DNA of 64,000 bases from Trichosphaerium sp. ATCC 40318 (Eukaryota; Protista; Tubulinea), in assembly GCA_038496445.1 (NCBI GenBank), contig JALMLS010000168.1, forward strand, positions 7,879 through 71,878. The letters run 5' to 3'. A program made the translations under genes and the position numbers. How positions within the stretch are numbered: the first letter of the stretch is position 1; each line of letters opens with the position of its first letter. Below are positions 37,595 to 50,239 of this stretch, piece after piece. Below the pieces are notes generated by a model that did not search any database, was not told where the DNA came from, and worked only from the letters and a program-made list of their open reading frames with translations.

Positions 37595-39559
37595 ATGTCT
37601 AAACCAAAGGTGCAAATACAGAAATATCACGTATTATCGTGACCTTGAGTTTTTAGTTGAAGCGTGAAGGTACTATGGAAGCTACAGCCACTGAAGGCCA
37701 AAGCATATTGGATGCACAAGGATTTGAAAAAGCAAAGGATCGACAAACACGCTCTACAAAGCGCGTACGTACCTCAGTGATAATAGCACATTGGTCCATT
37801 GAGCTTACATCATGCATTACAGGCGGTAGAATCGGCGTCAGTGATGCTTGGCGGAAAAAGAAAACGGCCTAAGGAGATGACCAAAGACGATCTTAGTTCT
37901 TACATCAAAGGCCTCCGTATGGCGTTTAGGTAATTTTTGAGCATTTAAAGTGTTGCTAACAGCAAAATAGAGTTTTCGACGAAAACAAAGATGGCGTTAT
38001 AACCGGTGATGAATTAAAGGCCGTATTACGCTCTCTGGGTAAAACCCCAACGGTTGCGAAGATAAAAGGCATTTTAAAGGAAGCTGACACGAATAAAGAT
38101 GTAAAATAGCAAAAACTATGGAAAATTTCTCACTGTTTTCTTACTTTCGCTTTAGGGAGGTATTTCTGTTGATGAGTTTATCAAATACATGGAAAAACAG
38201 AAAATGAAAGTTCAGGTGCGTTCGCTTTTCCAAGATAGGCTACCTTACACAAACTAACTGAGTTTGAATCAGAATGATGAAAAACAACCAAAGAAAAGAA
38301 AAGTTGCTAAGAAAACAAAGCAAGTACCATCGACTTCAACACCACCAAAGGAAAAAGCACCTCAGAAAAAGACGGGCCCAAAGAAAAGTAAAAAAGCCGA
38401 TAAGGAAGAAGACAAAAGTGATGCAATGGAAGTTGATACACCACCAACAAAGAAAAAGCAAAAGTAAGTTTCGTTTAGCAATCAATCTTTGAGCATTCTG
38501 TTGCTAACTCTTTCTTCTAGACCAGCATTAAAGCGTGGATTGAGTATCACTGGATTCTTTACAGAGTTTGCTGATCAACATGATGAGATAAAAGCAACTC
38601 ACAAAGATGCGCACATGAACCCTTCAGGTCGTGGATATGATCTCGGTAGAGAAAGTGCTTTTGGCATGTTCACAATCATCTTGCGTTCTTATTATTATGG
38701 CGATAACGTGTGGACCAAGCCTAAGGAAGCATTAGAAGCTAAGGGATTTGTAGTCATTATTGCCAAAAATGATAAGGTACAACAACGAAAGCAAAACTTA
38801 AAGATACTAAGCGCTTTTTAGGAGTTTTTGGATGACTTGGATAACCACGATGAAGCTTGGGTTTGTGCTGGTCATTCGGGTACTCTATCAAAAGAAATGT
38901 GTGATGCATTGGCCAAGTATCATGCTGCAGGTAAAGGAATATTCATATGGGCAGACAATGAACCATATATTCAGCATGTACGCAACTTTATGCTATTTCC
39001 TTGTTGTTAATCGAATTTAAAAGGCGAATGGTCTAATTAAAGCACTCGGTTTTGATTACCAACTAACTGGAAACGTATTTGGATCTAAAAACCTAACTCT
39101 GGGCGGACGTGGAAAACCTAAGACAGGACAGTGTAAGCAACAGTCTTTCGGGGTTTTTTTGTTGTTGTTTCTGACTTTAGATTTAGTCAAACGACACTTG
39201 ATAACAACTGGTCTTGTTTCTCTTTGTGAAGGCTTCACTATTTGCTATCCAACAAAAGAAACGGAAGATATGAACATCATAGGTACAGGCACTGACGGTC
39301 ACCCTTGCTTCTGGTCACATCACCCTAAAAACAAAGGTAAACTAGCAACTTCTCATTCTTTGCCTTCAACTGAGTTTCAATTCTAGGACGTGTTGTTGTT
39401 GATTGCGGTTTCACCAAGCTTTATATGAACTGGGATTCAGCGGGTACTGGACGCTATGTTCGAAATTGTGCTGTTTGGTTATCTGGAGTTGATTGGCGTC
39501 TTAAAATTGGAGCAGGACTTAAAGGCGATATTGATTGGTCATCTGTTAATCAACAATAA
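37595..39559 (+). CDS. EF-hand pair, Lys-rich linker and C-terminal class I glutamine amidotransferase-like (flavodoxin-fold) domain
   Basis: EF hands 'AFRVFDENKDGVITGDELKAVL', 'EADTNKDGGISVDEFI'. C-terminal 'GKGIFIWADNEPYIQHAN', 'HLITTGLVSLCEGFTI', 'GRVVVDCGFTKLYMNWDSAGTGRYVRNCAVWL'. Fold assignment is from motif memory. Confidence 0.8.
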
Positions 39560-39737
39560 ACTCAAGCGTTTGCTTTATTAAACTATAGTTATCTGTTTTG
39601 CCACCGCCACAACACCAGAAAACAATGAAACTACTTCTTGGTCTAGTACTTATGCGCAAACGTTGCTATTGCAAGAAGATCGTTGATGTTCGAATGAAGT
39701 CTCAGTTTAGAAACTCTAGACCATGCTTATTCTCAAT

Positions 39738-39803
39738 GCCAACCCAGGACTTGGTGTAGTTGATAACATACCAATTGCGGTAGCACACTTCGAAATCTTA
39801 CCT
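39738..39803 (+). repeat. Left arm of a 66-bp inverted repeat (partner 41089-41154)
   Basis: 60/66 identity with the reverse complement of 41089-41154 by manual alignment. Confidence 0.85.
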
Positions 39804-40146
39804 AGACAACTACAATTAGTGGTAAACATTTTTGTATTTTATTTGCATAGAAAATTCCGCTTTAAGTCATACAATGTTGCTGCCCTCAAATCTCTAGTTT
39901 GTACAACCGAAATTAATACCTAAAAAGACTAACAGGGCAACCTGGACCCGCTCCAATGATCAGCTTGGAGCAGCAGCTTTTTATAATTCTACAAGCTTGC
40001 GGTTTTTGAAGGTGTAGAAGGCTTTAGTAACACATTTCGATTGTTGACAATGTTCGAAAAAAAAGATACTATGAACTTAGAATAGCAATTACAGTTGACC
40101 GGGCCTCATGTGTATACTATTGTACATTTTATTTAGCTAAAACACC

Positions 40147-40926
40147 TTATTTTACAGATAATTCTTTGGCAATACTCTTCACATTATCAGTCTCATAATA
40201 TGGTACACCAGCATAATCGGCAAGATCTTGCATGTCTTTTCTTGATACTTTTACATCCATATGTTCCGATTTGTACCCAACAAGTAACTTACACTCAGTC
40301 TAAACGAAAATATAAGCAAAAAAAAAAGAATGAAACTGGCGCGATGCATAAACCAACGTCTTGACGCATACCTGTGCTGATTTGTCATCAATAAATAGTG
40401 CTGCATTTGCAAGTGAATCAATATCATCCAAAAATACAACTATCACGTGACTAGTTGGTATTTGTTTTCCTGCCTGTGACAATCTACCTCCGCGATTTCC
40501 AAGATCGTCTTGACGTTGTCTTTCTCTCTCTCTTTGGATTCTCCGAAACCTTGGCGCTGATCTACCTCCGCGATGTCTCCACAGCCTTAACTTGGCCTTT
40601 ACAGGAAGTGTTTGAACTTGTTGCGTGCTCTGGATAGGTGTTTGCGCTTGAAAGCTTTGAAGTAATACCTGGCTACCATGTTCTGTATTTGAGTGCGTCG
40701 CAGTCGGTTGTGTGATCACTTGAGGCGCCATTGAGAGTATATTTGGCGTTTTTTGTTGCGTATGGTTGCCGATATCTTGTTTTGAAGGATCAGGTATTGG
40801 AACGTTTAAAAACGGGTCGTGAAACTGTTGTGAGAACTGTTGTACGGTTTTGTTGTTCTTTGACATTAGATAGCCCGGTACAGGTGTGTACATAATGAAA
40901 TTACTGGTATTACAATGAAGAAGCAT
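40147..40926 (-). CDS. Gln-rich N-terminus plus degenerate Rab/Ras-fold domain (probable pseudo-GTPase)
   Basis: One GT-AG intron (~40301-40370) extends the ORF to 'HVIVVFLDDIDSLANA..ECKLLVGYKSE..VSRKDMQDLADYAGVPYYETDN'. Upstream 'KAKLRLWRHRGG..RFRRI' aligns with Rab KLQIWDTAGQERFRTI. Confidence 0.65.
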
Positions 40927-41088
40927 GTTTAAATGGGTGTGATGTTGTATTGTTGCCTAAACTAAAAACCGTGGACATTTCACTGAATCGATCTCAGGTG
41001 AACTTTTTGATGTTAAGCGGAACGGTATACAGTAATTGTCCGTATTTGACAAAGTTTTTAAACACAGAGACACGTGCCACGTTTCTTC

Positions 41089-41154
41089 AGGTAAGATTTC
41101 GAAGTGGGCTACCGCAATTGGTATGTTACCAGCTACACCAAGTTTTAGGTTGGC
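41089..41154 (-). repeat. Right arm of the 66-bp inverted repeat
   Basis: See 39738-39803. A third, more degenerate partial copy lies at ~41314-41360. Confidence 0.85.
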
Positions 41155-41539
41155 TTGGTTGTGCATTTTACAATTTTAAATAGCTACCTTAAAATAAATA
41201 TGTGCTTTATTTAGCAGTACTTCATAGTAAGGTTTATTGCAATGTAATAAACCAGTCCACTGTAAACGTTAGGAGATCATATGGTATGCAGAAAATTCCG
41301 CATCTTGTAAAGGTCCTTCAGGTAAAACTTGCTGATTTGAAGTATGCTACACCAATACCTTGTGTTGTTTTCCATTACGCTGGGAAGTTATTTTAATGTC
41401 ACATTTATTTCCGTGTTTTGTGCTACATTTTGGTATGTTCATAGCTATACAATGAGAATAGTTATTGCTTAGTCTGTTGTAGTTACTCCTCACCAATTTT
41501 TTATCCACACCTTTAAGGTGTAGGTCAGGAATTGCCGTT

Positions 41540-44044
41540 GTTCAACATTAAACTTTTTACTTCTTTCTCATGTCACCATCCATATATCTAGTGCAGTTTT
41601 CCCAGTTGCTACATTCTCTGTTCCAAGTATTCTCTGTTTGGCTGTTGAAAAGAAAATATTAGAACGACCTTGAATCTCGAAAAAAAAAAAAAAATCAAGA
41701 ACGTTGCTGAAATAAAATCACGGAGTCTTTGGCCACATACCTAGTTCACCACGTATTGACGCTCTTGCTGTAGAGTGAGCCATACGTTTAAACCATTTCA
41801 ATGACATTTCATGGTAATTCTTGTTAACACAGAACAAACCAACACCTAAGAAAAAAGTTGGAAACACAAACAAAAAAAAGAAAAGTGTCTGGAACGTGTC
41901 ACGGAAACAGCTTTCTTCAACCTCCATAAACAAATTATCGTTTTGTATGTGAAAGCTAAAGTCACAGCGGATATTTTAGTTACCTACCTGAAGGGACTTT
42001 GAATGATTTGTGCCAGATGTATCCTTCTATTTTATTGAACTCATTTGCTTTTGAACCAGCTGGAAACATTTCAACAATACCAAAGAAATAACCTAAACGT
42101 TTATATTAGAAAGGCTTCTAAATGCATGTAAACATTTTTGAGAGTAAAATAAATGGTAAATTATGTATCAAGGTTACGTACTGTGGCGTGAAATGACATG
42201 GTGTTGTAAATTCCTAATATTTTCTTAGTAAGTATTTTTAAAACGCTCACTTTTTACTATGTTGACAGATAATCTGAACAACAGGATATTATCATAATGG
42301 CGTAATAGTATAAAAGATGGCAAAGTATTGTAAGATTAAATATCTTGTTGCGGCGAAGAGACAAACAAGTTTTTTGAAGCAAAAAAAACAGAAGGTTACC
42401 TTGTGAAGATACTCCAACGGTCCCCAAGACTGATTATTGTAAATTGTATAACTTTGAATACACAGTATGCAAATGTGGGTTTATATAATGTACTAAAGAA
42501 GAAATAAGAAAAGCCAAAAAACCAAGAAAAACTGTTGCCACCAAATGTTGCGGTTGAAAAGAAATAATCCTTCTTACTTGTTTCTATCATTTTTGGCTTT
42601 TTTATGTTTCTCTGCGAGTGACCACATTGGCATCTCTTTTACAAACTCATTGTTCATATCACTCATGGGATACGTAACACTGCAAGTGTCATGTTACAAT
42701 AAGGCAGCAAACCAACAACAAAATAAATTAGAGGCAATACGCACACATAGCTGCCTGAGGTTGCAATGTCAATCAAGTTTGATACCTCTCTATACAGTTG
42801 TTTATCAACTTTTTTAGCCTCTTCTTGTATTGACTCCAGTACTTCTAGTATAAAGTCATCATCATACTCTCTCTGCCACTCCTAGAGCAGGTTCAGTAAG
42901 CAATACAAACTTGTTACCATTCTTGTACCCTATCATCTGACATTCGTGTTCTCATGTCCGTAACAAGCATAAGAGTTTTACAAGCTTCTAATTGAATAGG
43001 TATATATTCACATGTGGCAAGGTCATGAAGCTGACTAGAGAGTCTAAACCAAAGTAAGTTTAAAGTAGAAAAATAATCAATGTACTTTTTGCAAATATCA
43101 ACAAAAAACTTGTCAGTCAAATAAAGACACATATAGCCAAGCATCTCAATATTGAATCGTATAAACTCAAGTGTATCTACGCTTAATATATCTGGTTCTT
43201 GATCAAGAGAATAAAGCTCAACCAAGTTATCAAGAACAACAGCCAATAAACTCTTAAAGAACAGCCGACTTCTTTCACCTCTAAAAACGCCCATAGTATA
43301 CGCCAACATAACAACAGTTATAGCCTATTTTTAGATCAATAATCACGTGTAGTACAAAAAAAACCCAGTGGGTTTTTACTAATAATGTTAAATGCGTTTA
43401 AGTGCTTACCTTCTTGCGTAACGCGAGATTTGAGGAGTCTAGTAAACATACCAGTTCGTCTTCCATTTTATCGAAATGGATGTCATTGTAAAAACTTACT
43501 AGTAGTAACATAAGTATACCCAAAGTATCAGATTTAATATCATCATCAGAGTCTTCCTATGTTGTTCCTCGTTAGCCAACTTATCGCACACCAATCCTTT
43601 TGGAAAGACTTGTGTTTGAACAACACCAAAATGGCGAAAATATTAAAGGTTTTCAAAGAACAAAAAACAGAGCGTTCTCAAGAACTTGTAGCATTACCAG
43701 TAGGGTTTTTAGTATAGTTATGACATATGGGGTTGATTCAGATGACATTGAGCGACTACGTAGTAAATATCCCTCTCTAGACCGAAATACCCTGCACAAG
43801 CCGTTTGTTTAATAATTAATTACGCATGGCGTACGATTTAGCCCATTTTACCCAGTTAGACCTGAGATTAGTTCTAGTGCACCAATTAAGCGTTATTTAC
43901 CTCTACTTTATCACCGTACGCTTTGTTAGCTATTATATCGGCAACTAACGCTTTATCTGGGTTTCTAAAACGTTCATCCATTAAACGACCTTTATCTTTA
44001 TCTGACAGCTCTCTTCTTCCTTTCTTTTCCTTTCTATGACTCAT
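41540..44044 (-). CDS. Multi-exon hypothetical protein, helical N-terminal part and hydrophobic C-terminal segments; exon structure unresolved
   Basis: Chain of minus-strand ORFs (42914-43309, 42396-42590, 41718-41933) bounded by GT/AG signals, with ATG at 44044. I could not phase all exons. Confidence 0.45.
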
Positions 44045-45055
44045 TACAGGCTACCCACTTGTTGTTGCTGAAATAAATACAGTACAGAAATTTAAGCGTT
44101 TTTCGAATTTTCATTGAATGTTACATCTGTTGCAACAACATTTCAGGCGCCATTTGCGATCAGAAAAAGTATCCCAAAAGGTGCAGAATCACAATTAGTG
44201 CATATTTTGTTCAGGAAAAGTGTCAGTAAACAGGAAATTTCGTTTTATAACAAAGTAACCTTGGTAAAAAGAGAAAAAGAAAGAGATAAGTTTTGTGAGC
44301 ACCCTTAGGCTTAGTATAATTATTTATATGCGATCACTACATAAAGCTCAGATACTAGTAAGAGTGGCTAGTGTACAAGTACTTGGTGAAATGTTGAAAG
44401 TGTCAGATTTGCTAGAGTGCCAACTCGCAATTGTTAGAGCAATTTTGGCGATTAATCGTTGCAAGGTGGTATGTACGCCTCAGAGATGAATAGAATCGGT
44501 CGATTAGAAGTTTGTCAACAATATACCGGGAAGAATTAGACTCGTGTTAGACATCATTAGTGATTGCTGTTTGTGACTAGTGGGATTGAAACAACAATTT
44601 CGACTTGAGCGCGCGTTTACGATGTACCAACTACAACTAATGGATAAGAAAACATAAAAAAACGTGCGCAATCATGTGCTAAATATAAAGAGTATCTTTT
44701 CTGTAAGGAAACGTGGCAATGTGTACTACATAGGGAAATACGTAGTTACCTTCAGAGGTGACTTTGGGAACGGTGTGTTTTTGAGCGAGTTTGGTTGAAT
44801 ACTACGCCCAGAATGTACCGGACAAATTAATCATGGTTTTTTTTTATTAATTTGCCGAAAGAATGCTCGTGGTATCTAAATACAAGTAGTAACAGCGACA
44901 GAGACAGCAATTAGGCAAAAAAAGGAAAGACCTAAGAAATGACGTTTAAGTATCACAAAGAAAGCTAGGAACAATCCACGCGTTGTTATTGCCTTTTTTA
45001 AGCACTTGAGAAGCAGTCAACGCTAGTTTTGAACACTTGTTCTACTCTCGTAACT

Positions 45056-46486
45056 ATGGACGCCTCGGCAACTCTAGAGTCTAGAACGCGTGCTCACTGT
45101 AAGAAATTCAGAGCCAACGACACTCGGGCGTTGTGGGAGCTATTTACCACAGTTGTTACCTATGCAATCGTCGACTGCCTCATTACAACACTACCTGCTT
45201 GGTTATGGATAATATTGAAGGCATATGTTGCCGTTCGTACTTTTGTCGTATTTCACGATTGTTGTCACGAAGCCTTTTTTACATCTCGTGTGTGGAATAA
45301 GCGCGTGGGAACCTTCCTCGGTGCATTTGTATTAACACCATACGATCACTGGAGATACACCCACAATGTAAACCATCACCACGTATTCGGCTTGTACCGT
45401 GGTACGTATTAAACGCGAATCTAGCAACCTGGAAAAACTTTTTTTTTGTTTTTGCATCAGTTGCCCTTATTTGTTTTTGATCACTCTCTAAAAATGCACT
45501 AACGCTAAGGGAGTAATAAATTAAAGTTGATTGCTCAAGTTAACCCAACAGAAAAAATATTTCTGAGCTTTTTTGTGTGAACTCCTTTTTCCTTTTTTTG
45601 GCATTTTTTACTGTACTGCTTAACGTTTATACATTTTGAACCTTACATTGTATACACATTAGATACAAGAGACTCTGGACAGACACTATTATTCACAAAA
45701 CAATCATGGGAGGAAATGCCGTTTTGGAAAAAGTGTGTTTCTCGTGTATTCCGTGATCCTTTTGTATTCGTTACTATTACAGCTATGCTTCATTTCTACA
45801 AGTACCGTTTACCATACTACAAAGGATGGTTATTTGTTGATGTTTTTTGCGTTGCCTACCATGCTCTCTTTATATGGCTTGGATTGAAATACTGGTTATA
45901 CCTAAACATTGCCACTATGCTTGCTGATGGTACTGGACTAATGTTGTTCCATTTGCAACACAGCGTAAACCCGTACGTAACATTCATTCTTCGGTTTCAG
46001 AAAAACTAAAAATACGAAGCCACTCACGCAAGTTTATACGCCATTTCGATGACATATGCTTCTCTTGTGTCTTGTAAACCGTATTAACTGTTTATTTAGT
46101 GTCTACAAGGTTAAGGAAGGCGAAAAGAGATCCGGTTACGAAGTTGCTATCAAGGGATCAACTCACCTCCTAGTCGCCTGGTATCTCAAGTTTATGACCA
46201 TGGGCATCCAATACCACCACATCCATCACTTGGACTCTAAAGTGCCTGGATATTACCTCAAAGAGTGTCATGAGGTGCGATTTTTATTTAAACTTGCATT
46301 ACAACAGTTGCAGTTTCTTAATCTTAACTTTAGAGCGCACCTCCTGGTATGTGGGATGATGTCGTTCAAGTTGACGCCAAAAGAGCTCTACGCTCATTTT
46401 TTGATGCCATGTACGATGAAAAAACTGGCACAGCTGTATCATTCCCTATTTACGAGTGGTTATTGGGTCCTTTTAGTCCTAAGTAA
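45056..46486 (+). CDS. Membrane fatty acid desaturase, bacterial DesA-like subtype
   Basis: His boxes 'HDCCH', 'HNVNHHH', 'YHHIHH'; 'LFHLQH'; C-terminal 'MYDEKTGTAVSF'; 3 introns. Confidence 0.92.
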
Positions 46487-46841
46487 TCAAGCACAAAAAA
46501 AAAACTTTCTAAAGAACGAAATCTCGTCCTTTGTTAATAAACGCTACGAAAGCTCAAACATTTTAAATCCTGTGCGATAAAACGTCATTGCGACAGATTT
46601 TTTTTTTGAAGGCTCAGTTTTTATGTCTACTCGCGTAGATAGTTTGTTGATTCGTTCTTGTATTTGTCATAGATAACGTAAACAGTGTTGTGGTAATGCT
46701 GGGATGTTATTCCTTAGATGAATAGCAAGTTATTTTACACAGTGTCAAAAAAAGCGTTGCCAACCCTTATTTTCTTCCAAGCTTTATAATATCGCTCGTT
46801 GTAGGGCTAACAAAGGGAAAGAGCGTGACTTTGAATTCATT

Positions 46842-47491
46842 CTAAGCCAAGATCATTGCTTTCTTAATCCTTCTCTGTTTCATGTAATCCAAAGCCAATA
46901 CAGTCTATAATGCGTTAATACGTTTCTTTTTGCCGCTTGTTAAATGTTTAAACCATTAGAACAAAAAATTTAGTAAATAAGAGCGTTTTGAGACCCTTGA
47001 AGTGAATAACGAACGTGTCGCAATTTTTGAGCAATTTTTTCTTGCAGAAGCGTGTTTCGTTTTTAATTATTAATGGCGCCACTGAGTTGATTTACGTACG
47101 TAGAATGGTGCGCGTATCAATAAGCTGTACTTCGATCGATTACCAGGGAGAGAAAAAGCCAATGCGGTACCGGCGTATGCCAATCTCTCACAGGTTCTGA
47201 AGAGGTCATTTACGTCTTGAGGTTGATGGAAGAAGTAGTCAGCGAAACAAGCGCCGGCGTCACCTAAGTTGTACAAAGCTAGTGGTGCTAGTACAGCAAA
47301 GTTCTACGACGGAATTAGTGATTTACAGAGCTACAAGCTTTTAAAAGATTGAGGCGGTCTAAAACAACGAATTAACACTACAATTATTATCGTACAAGGT
47401 ATTGGAGAGGGTGATAGCCTGTTGCGTTACTGAACTTGTACACTGTACCGCCAATAGCAATGCTAGCCGCTGGAATTGGAGTGGTAGCCAT
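46842..47491 (-). CDS. Small (~120 aa) hydrophobic hypothetical protein, 3 exons
   Basis: MATTPIPAASIAIGG...PLQYL|NFAVLAPLALYNLGDAG...RAPFY|TVLALDYMKQRRIKKAMILA* using two GTACG-donor introns. Confidence 0.65.
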
Positions 47492-47903
47492 TTCTAAGTT
47501 GTCTTCAATAGAAAAAAGTGACTGCAGTTTTCAATGCTGTTCTCTTTGGAACAATCTATCACAAAATAATCAGTTACTATTGCTTGTATTGCTATACATG
47601 CGTTGCAAGCTCGTAGTTTGAGCAAAGCTGTATCTCGTTAGCGTGCGTATTAAGAAGCACAGTTGTTAGGTCAGTTGTATCACGTGTATGTTGCAGAGCT
47701 AGAATTGCGCAAAAGGGCTCCTAGTTTATTGTGACCGTCCCTTCGCTACTCCATAGGAAAAGCGTACAAATTAGAAAATTAGCGAATTTTTGTCGTTTAC
47801 TTTGTTTTAACGCACTCATACCATACCGTTTACGATAAGAGTGCTTGGGTCCAATACACATTTGCAAGAGGGTTTATTTAGGCTGTAATTAAGGCTGTAC
47901 GTC

Positions 47904-49843
47904 ATGAACACGGATAAAACGGAGAGTAGAAAGCGAAAGAGTAAAGCACCTTGCACCAAGAGGCGAAAAAGGGCTAAAAAAGCGAAAAAAGAGCCAGATC
48001 CACCTCTATGGAAAGTTTTCCCATCACCGTTTGTTTCACGAGAAGTATATGAAGCATTTAAAACCAAAGGGTACGAAACAAATTTTTGATGCACCTGGTA
48101 TTGTTGTGTTCTCTCAGAAAAAACCAGATGTCACGTGACGATGCTACACATGTAGTGAAACCTGCCATGCTTTTGCTCGTACTTTGTGAGAACTTTATGG
48201 AGCTGACAATGTCTTTAGTTTTATAACATCTTTTTGGGGAGACGAAACACTTGACATTGTTGAATTGATGGATAAACTTGTGTAGTTCTTTGTTCATAAG
48301 CTCATTTATAACTTATAATAGGCCAATAAAGGATAATAAAAGGGTAGGCATGATGACTATATTAATGCCAGGCGAAAGTCGTGGATACTACCTTACTATG
48401 AAGTAAGACTCTAAACTTTTTTTTTCTTTTTTTTGACATTTTCCTCCAAACTAAACGTATTTAGCACGTTGTTCTTCAAGATGAAAGTAGGTGATGCTGT
48501 TATTGTACAAGATCCAAAATACAAGGAATACATTGTTGGGAAAGTGGCCAGCGGAGTTGAGTATGCAAAAGAGTCTGACTTTATTGGTACGTATTTAACA
48601 ATGGTTGATTATGTCTAAGTATTTTTCCAGACTCCCAGATTTGCAGGTCTGAAATGCTTCCTTTCAGACGAGTGAAGTGGCTTAAAGTATCAAATGGTAA
48701 TGCAATAAACGGTAATCCTTGGGGCGGTTTATTTGAAGAGGTACAGATCGTCAAATTGAAGAGTAAATTTACTTCATTCATTTGTTTTTTCAAACCAAAT
48801 TTTAGATAGCGATTGAGACTCAAGACACAGTCAATGGTGAAAAGAAAGATACTTAACAAAGGACCTACTATCCATAATTATTTGGGAAAGCCAAAAACGG
48901 TTATATACAGACCGTTTATACTGCGACCATCAGTTGTAAGGAACTTTACACCCGAGGTACATTTGATCTGTCATCTTCTTTAAACTTCCTTCTCATTGAT
49001 CCATCCAATTAAAGGACGGAAGAGTATTCGAGTCTAATGGCATTACTACATATAACCCAATACAAATGTACAAGGTAAATATCTTGGAACACCCTATACG
49101 TTTGTGTTCTTGTGAACAAACTCTTTTAGTTTTTCCGATTGTAGTATAAATATTCGGTTAATGTCCCATGGTTTGCAAACCGTAGGATCAATGAAATCAA
49201 CACTGGAGAAGGAGGTGAACATGTACTTAATGGCGTAGATGGTTCTAATATAGTTCTTGATGATACCATAAACATACTTCCTATACAAGCACCGAGTACA
49301 ACCAACATCGATTCAAATGAAGAACAACCACAAAAACCTCAAATTAAAACGGAAAAGAATAGTTCACCAACAACAACAAAAGAACTCTTATTCCACAAAA
49401 TGGATACAGATGACAACGACAACGATGGTAATCACATATTGCAAATTTTGCGCCTTATCTTACCTTTCTTATTTTATACAGAAGAAGAAATTGAGATTGA
49501 TCTGACAGGGGAGGATGACGAGGAGTTTGAAGGCACATCAGGCTACCACCAGTTCAAACTGCCATCTGTGAGTATACTATCATCTAAACCTTTGGATTAT
49601 ATTAAAAAAGGTGACTTATTAAGTGATAGTATTGTTTTTGCTTGCTGAATCCTTTTAGAAACTACACCTCTTCAATCACATGTCAATAAAGCCAAAGATT
49701 GGAAAACAATTGAAGATGAGAAACAAGCAAGTTTATTAAAGATACAGAAGCTGAAGAAACTTATCAATGAAGAAAAACAACATCTCAATAATCTATACGA
49801 GCAACAAGCAAACTTGACTATAAATAAACAAACACAAAATTAA
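47904..49843 (+). CDS. Predicted nuclear protein with EVE/PUA-like domain, acidic region and C-terminal coiled coil
   Basis: Basic NLS-like 'RKRKSKAPCTKRRKRAKK'; 'FFKMKVGDAVIVQDPKYKEYIVGKVASGVEY...RRVKWLK'; acidic 'EEEIEIDLTGEDDEE'; about 8 introns. Confidence 0.7.
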
Positions 49844-49899
49844 TTGGGCTACCTTACATTCATTACACATTTACAAGCGGGACTTTTTAAGCGTTTAAT

Positions 49900-50130
49900 T
49901 AAAGCTCACCTCTTGAGCGCCAGCCAATGCCTTAAAATTTTACCTGTTGTTTCAATCAGGCACACCTGCCAACAATCTGATGAGACAGACTAACTCTCTA
50001 AGTTTTTTTGAAATTATATATAATTTCTTTAAGCGGATTTCTGTCCTTGTTCTCCCAACACGAGGCCCTTTGCTTACAATAAGCTAAATTTATGTAATAC
50101 ACAGGTTTAAGATAGTGCCCATATTTGACT
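49900..50130 (-). pseudogene. Decayed F-box/LRR relic
   Basis: Reverse complement contains atcagattgttggcaggtgt, identical to 53057-53076, and aaggcattggctgg. No open frame. Confidence 0.55.
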
Positions 50131-50239
50131 CCACGCCAATAATCGCGTGTTTTCTATTCTTGTCATTTAAATAGTAACACAAGGTGAGAAGTGACTCGTT
50201 TATTTATTATCAAACAAACTATTGTTAACATTGTAACTT

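Noticed and set aside
44100-45000. Short matches (gaaatttcgtttt) to the repeat's left arm in another divergent spacer
   Set aside because: A 13-bp AT-rich match without clear collinear support.
47191-47266. Hammerhead-like core words (CTGAAGA ... CGAAAC ... GTC) in a GC-richer patch
   Set aside because: Stems II and III do not pair properly, stem I is out of register, and the patch is explained by a minus-strand coding exon.
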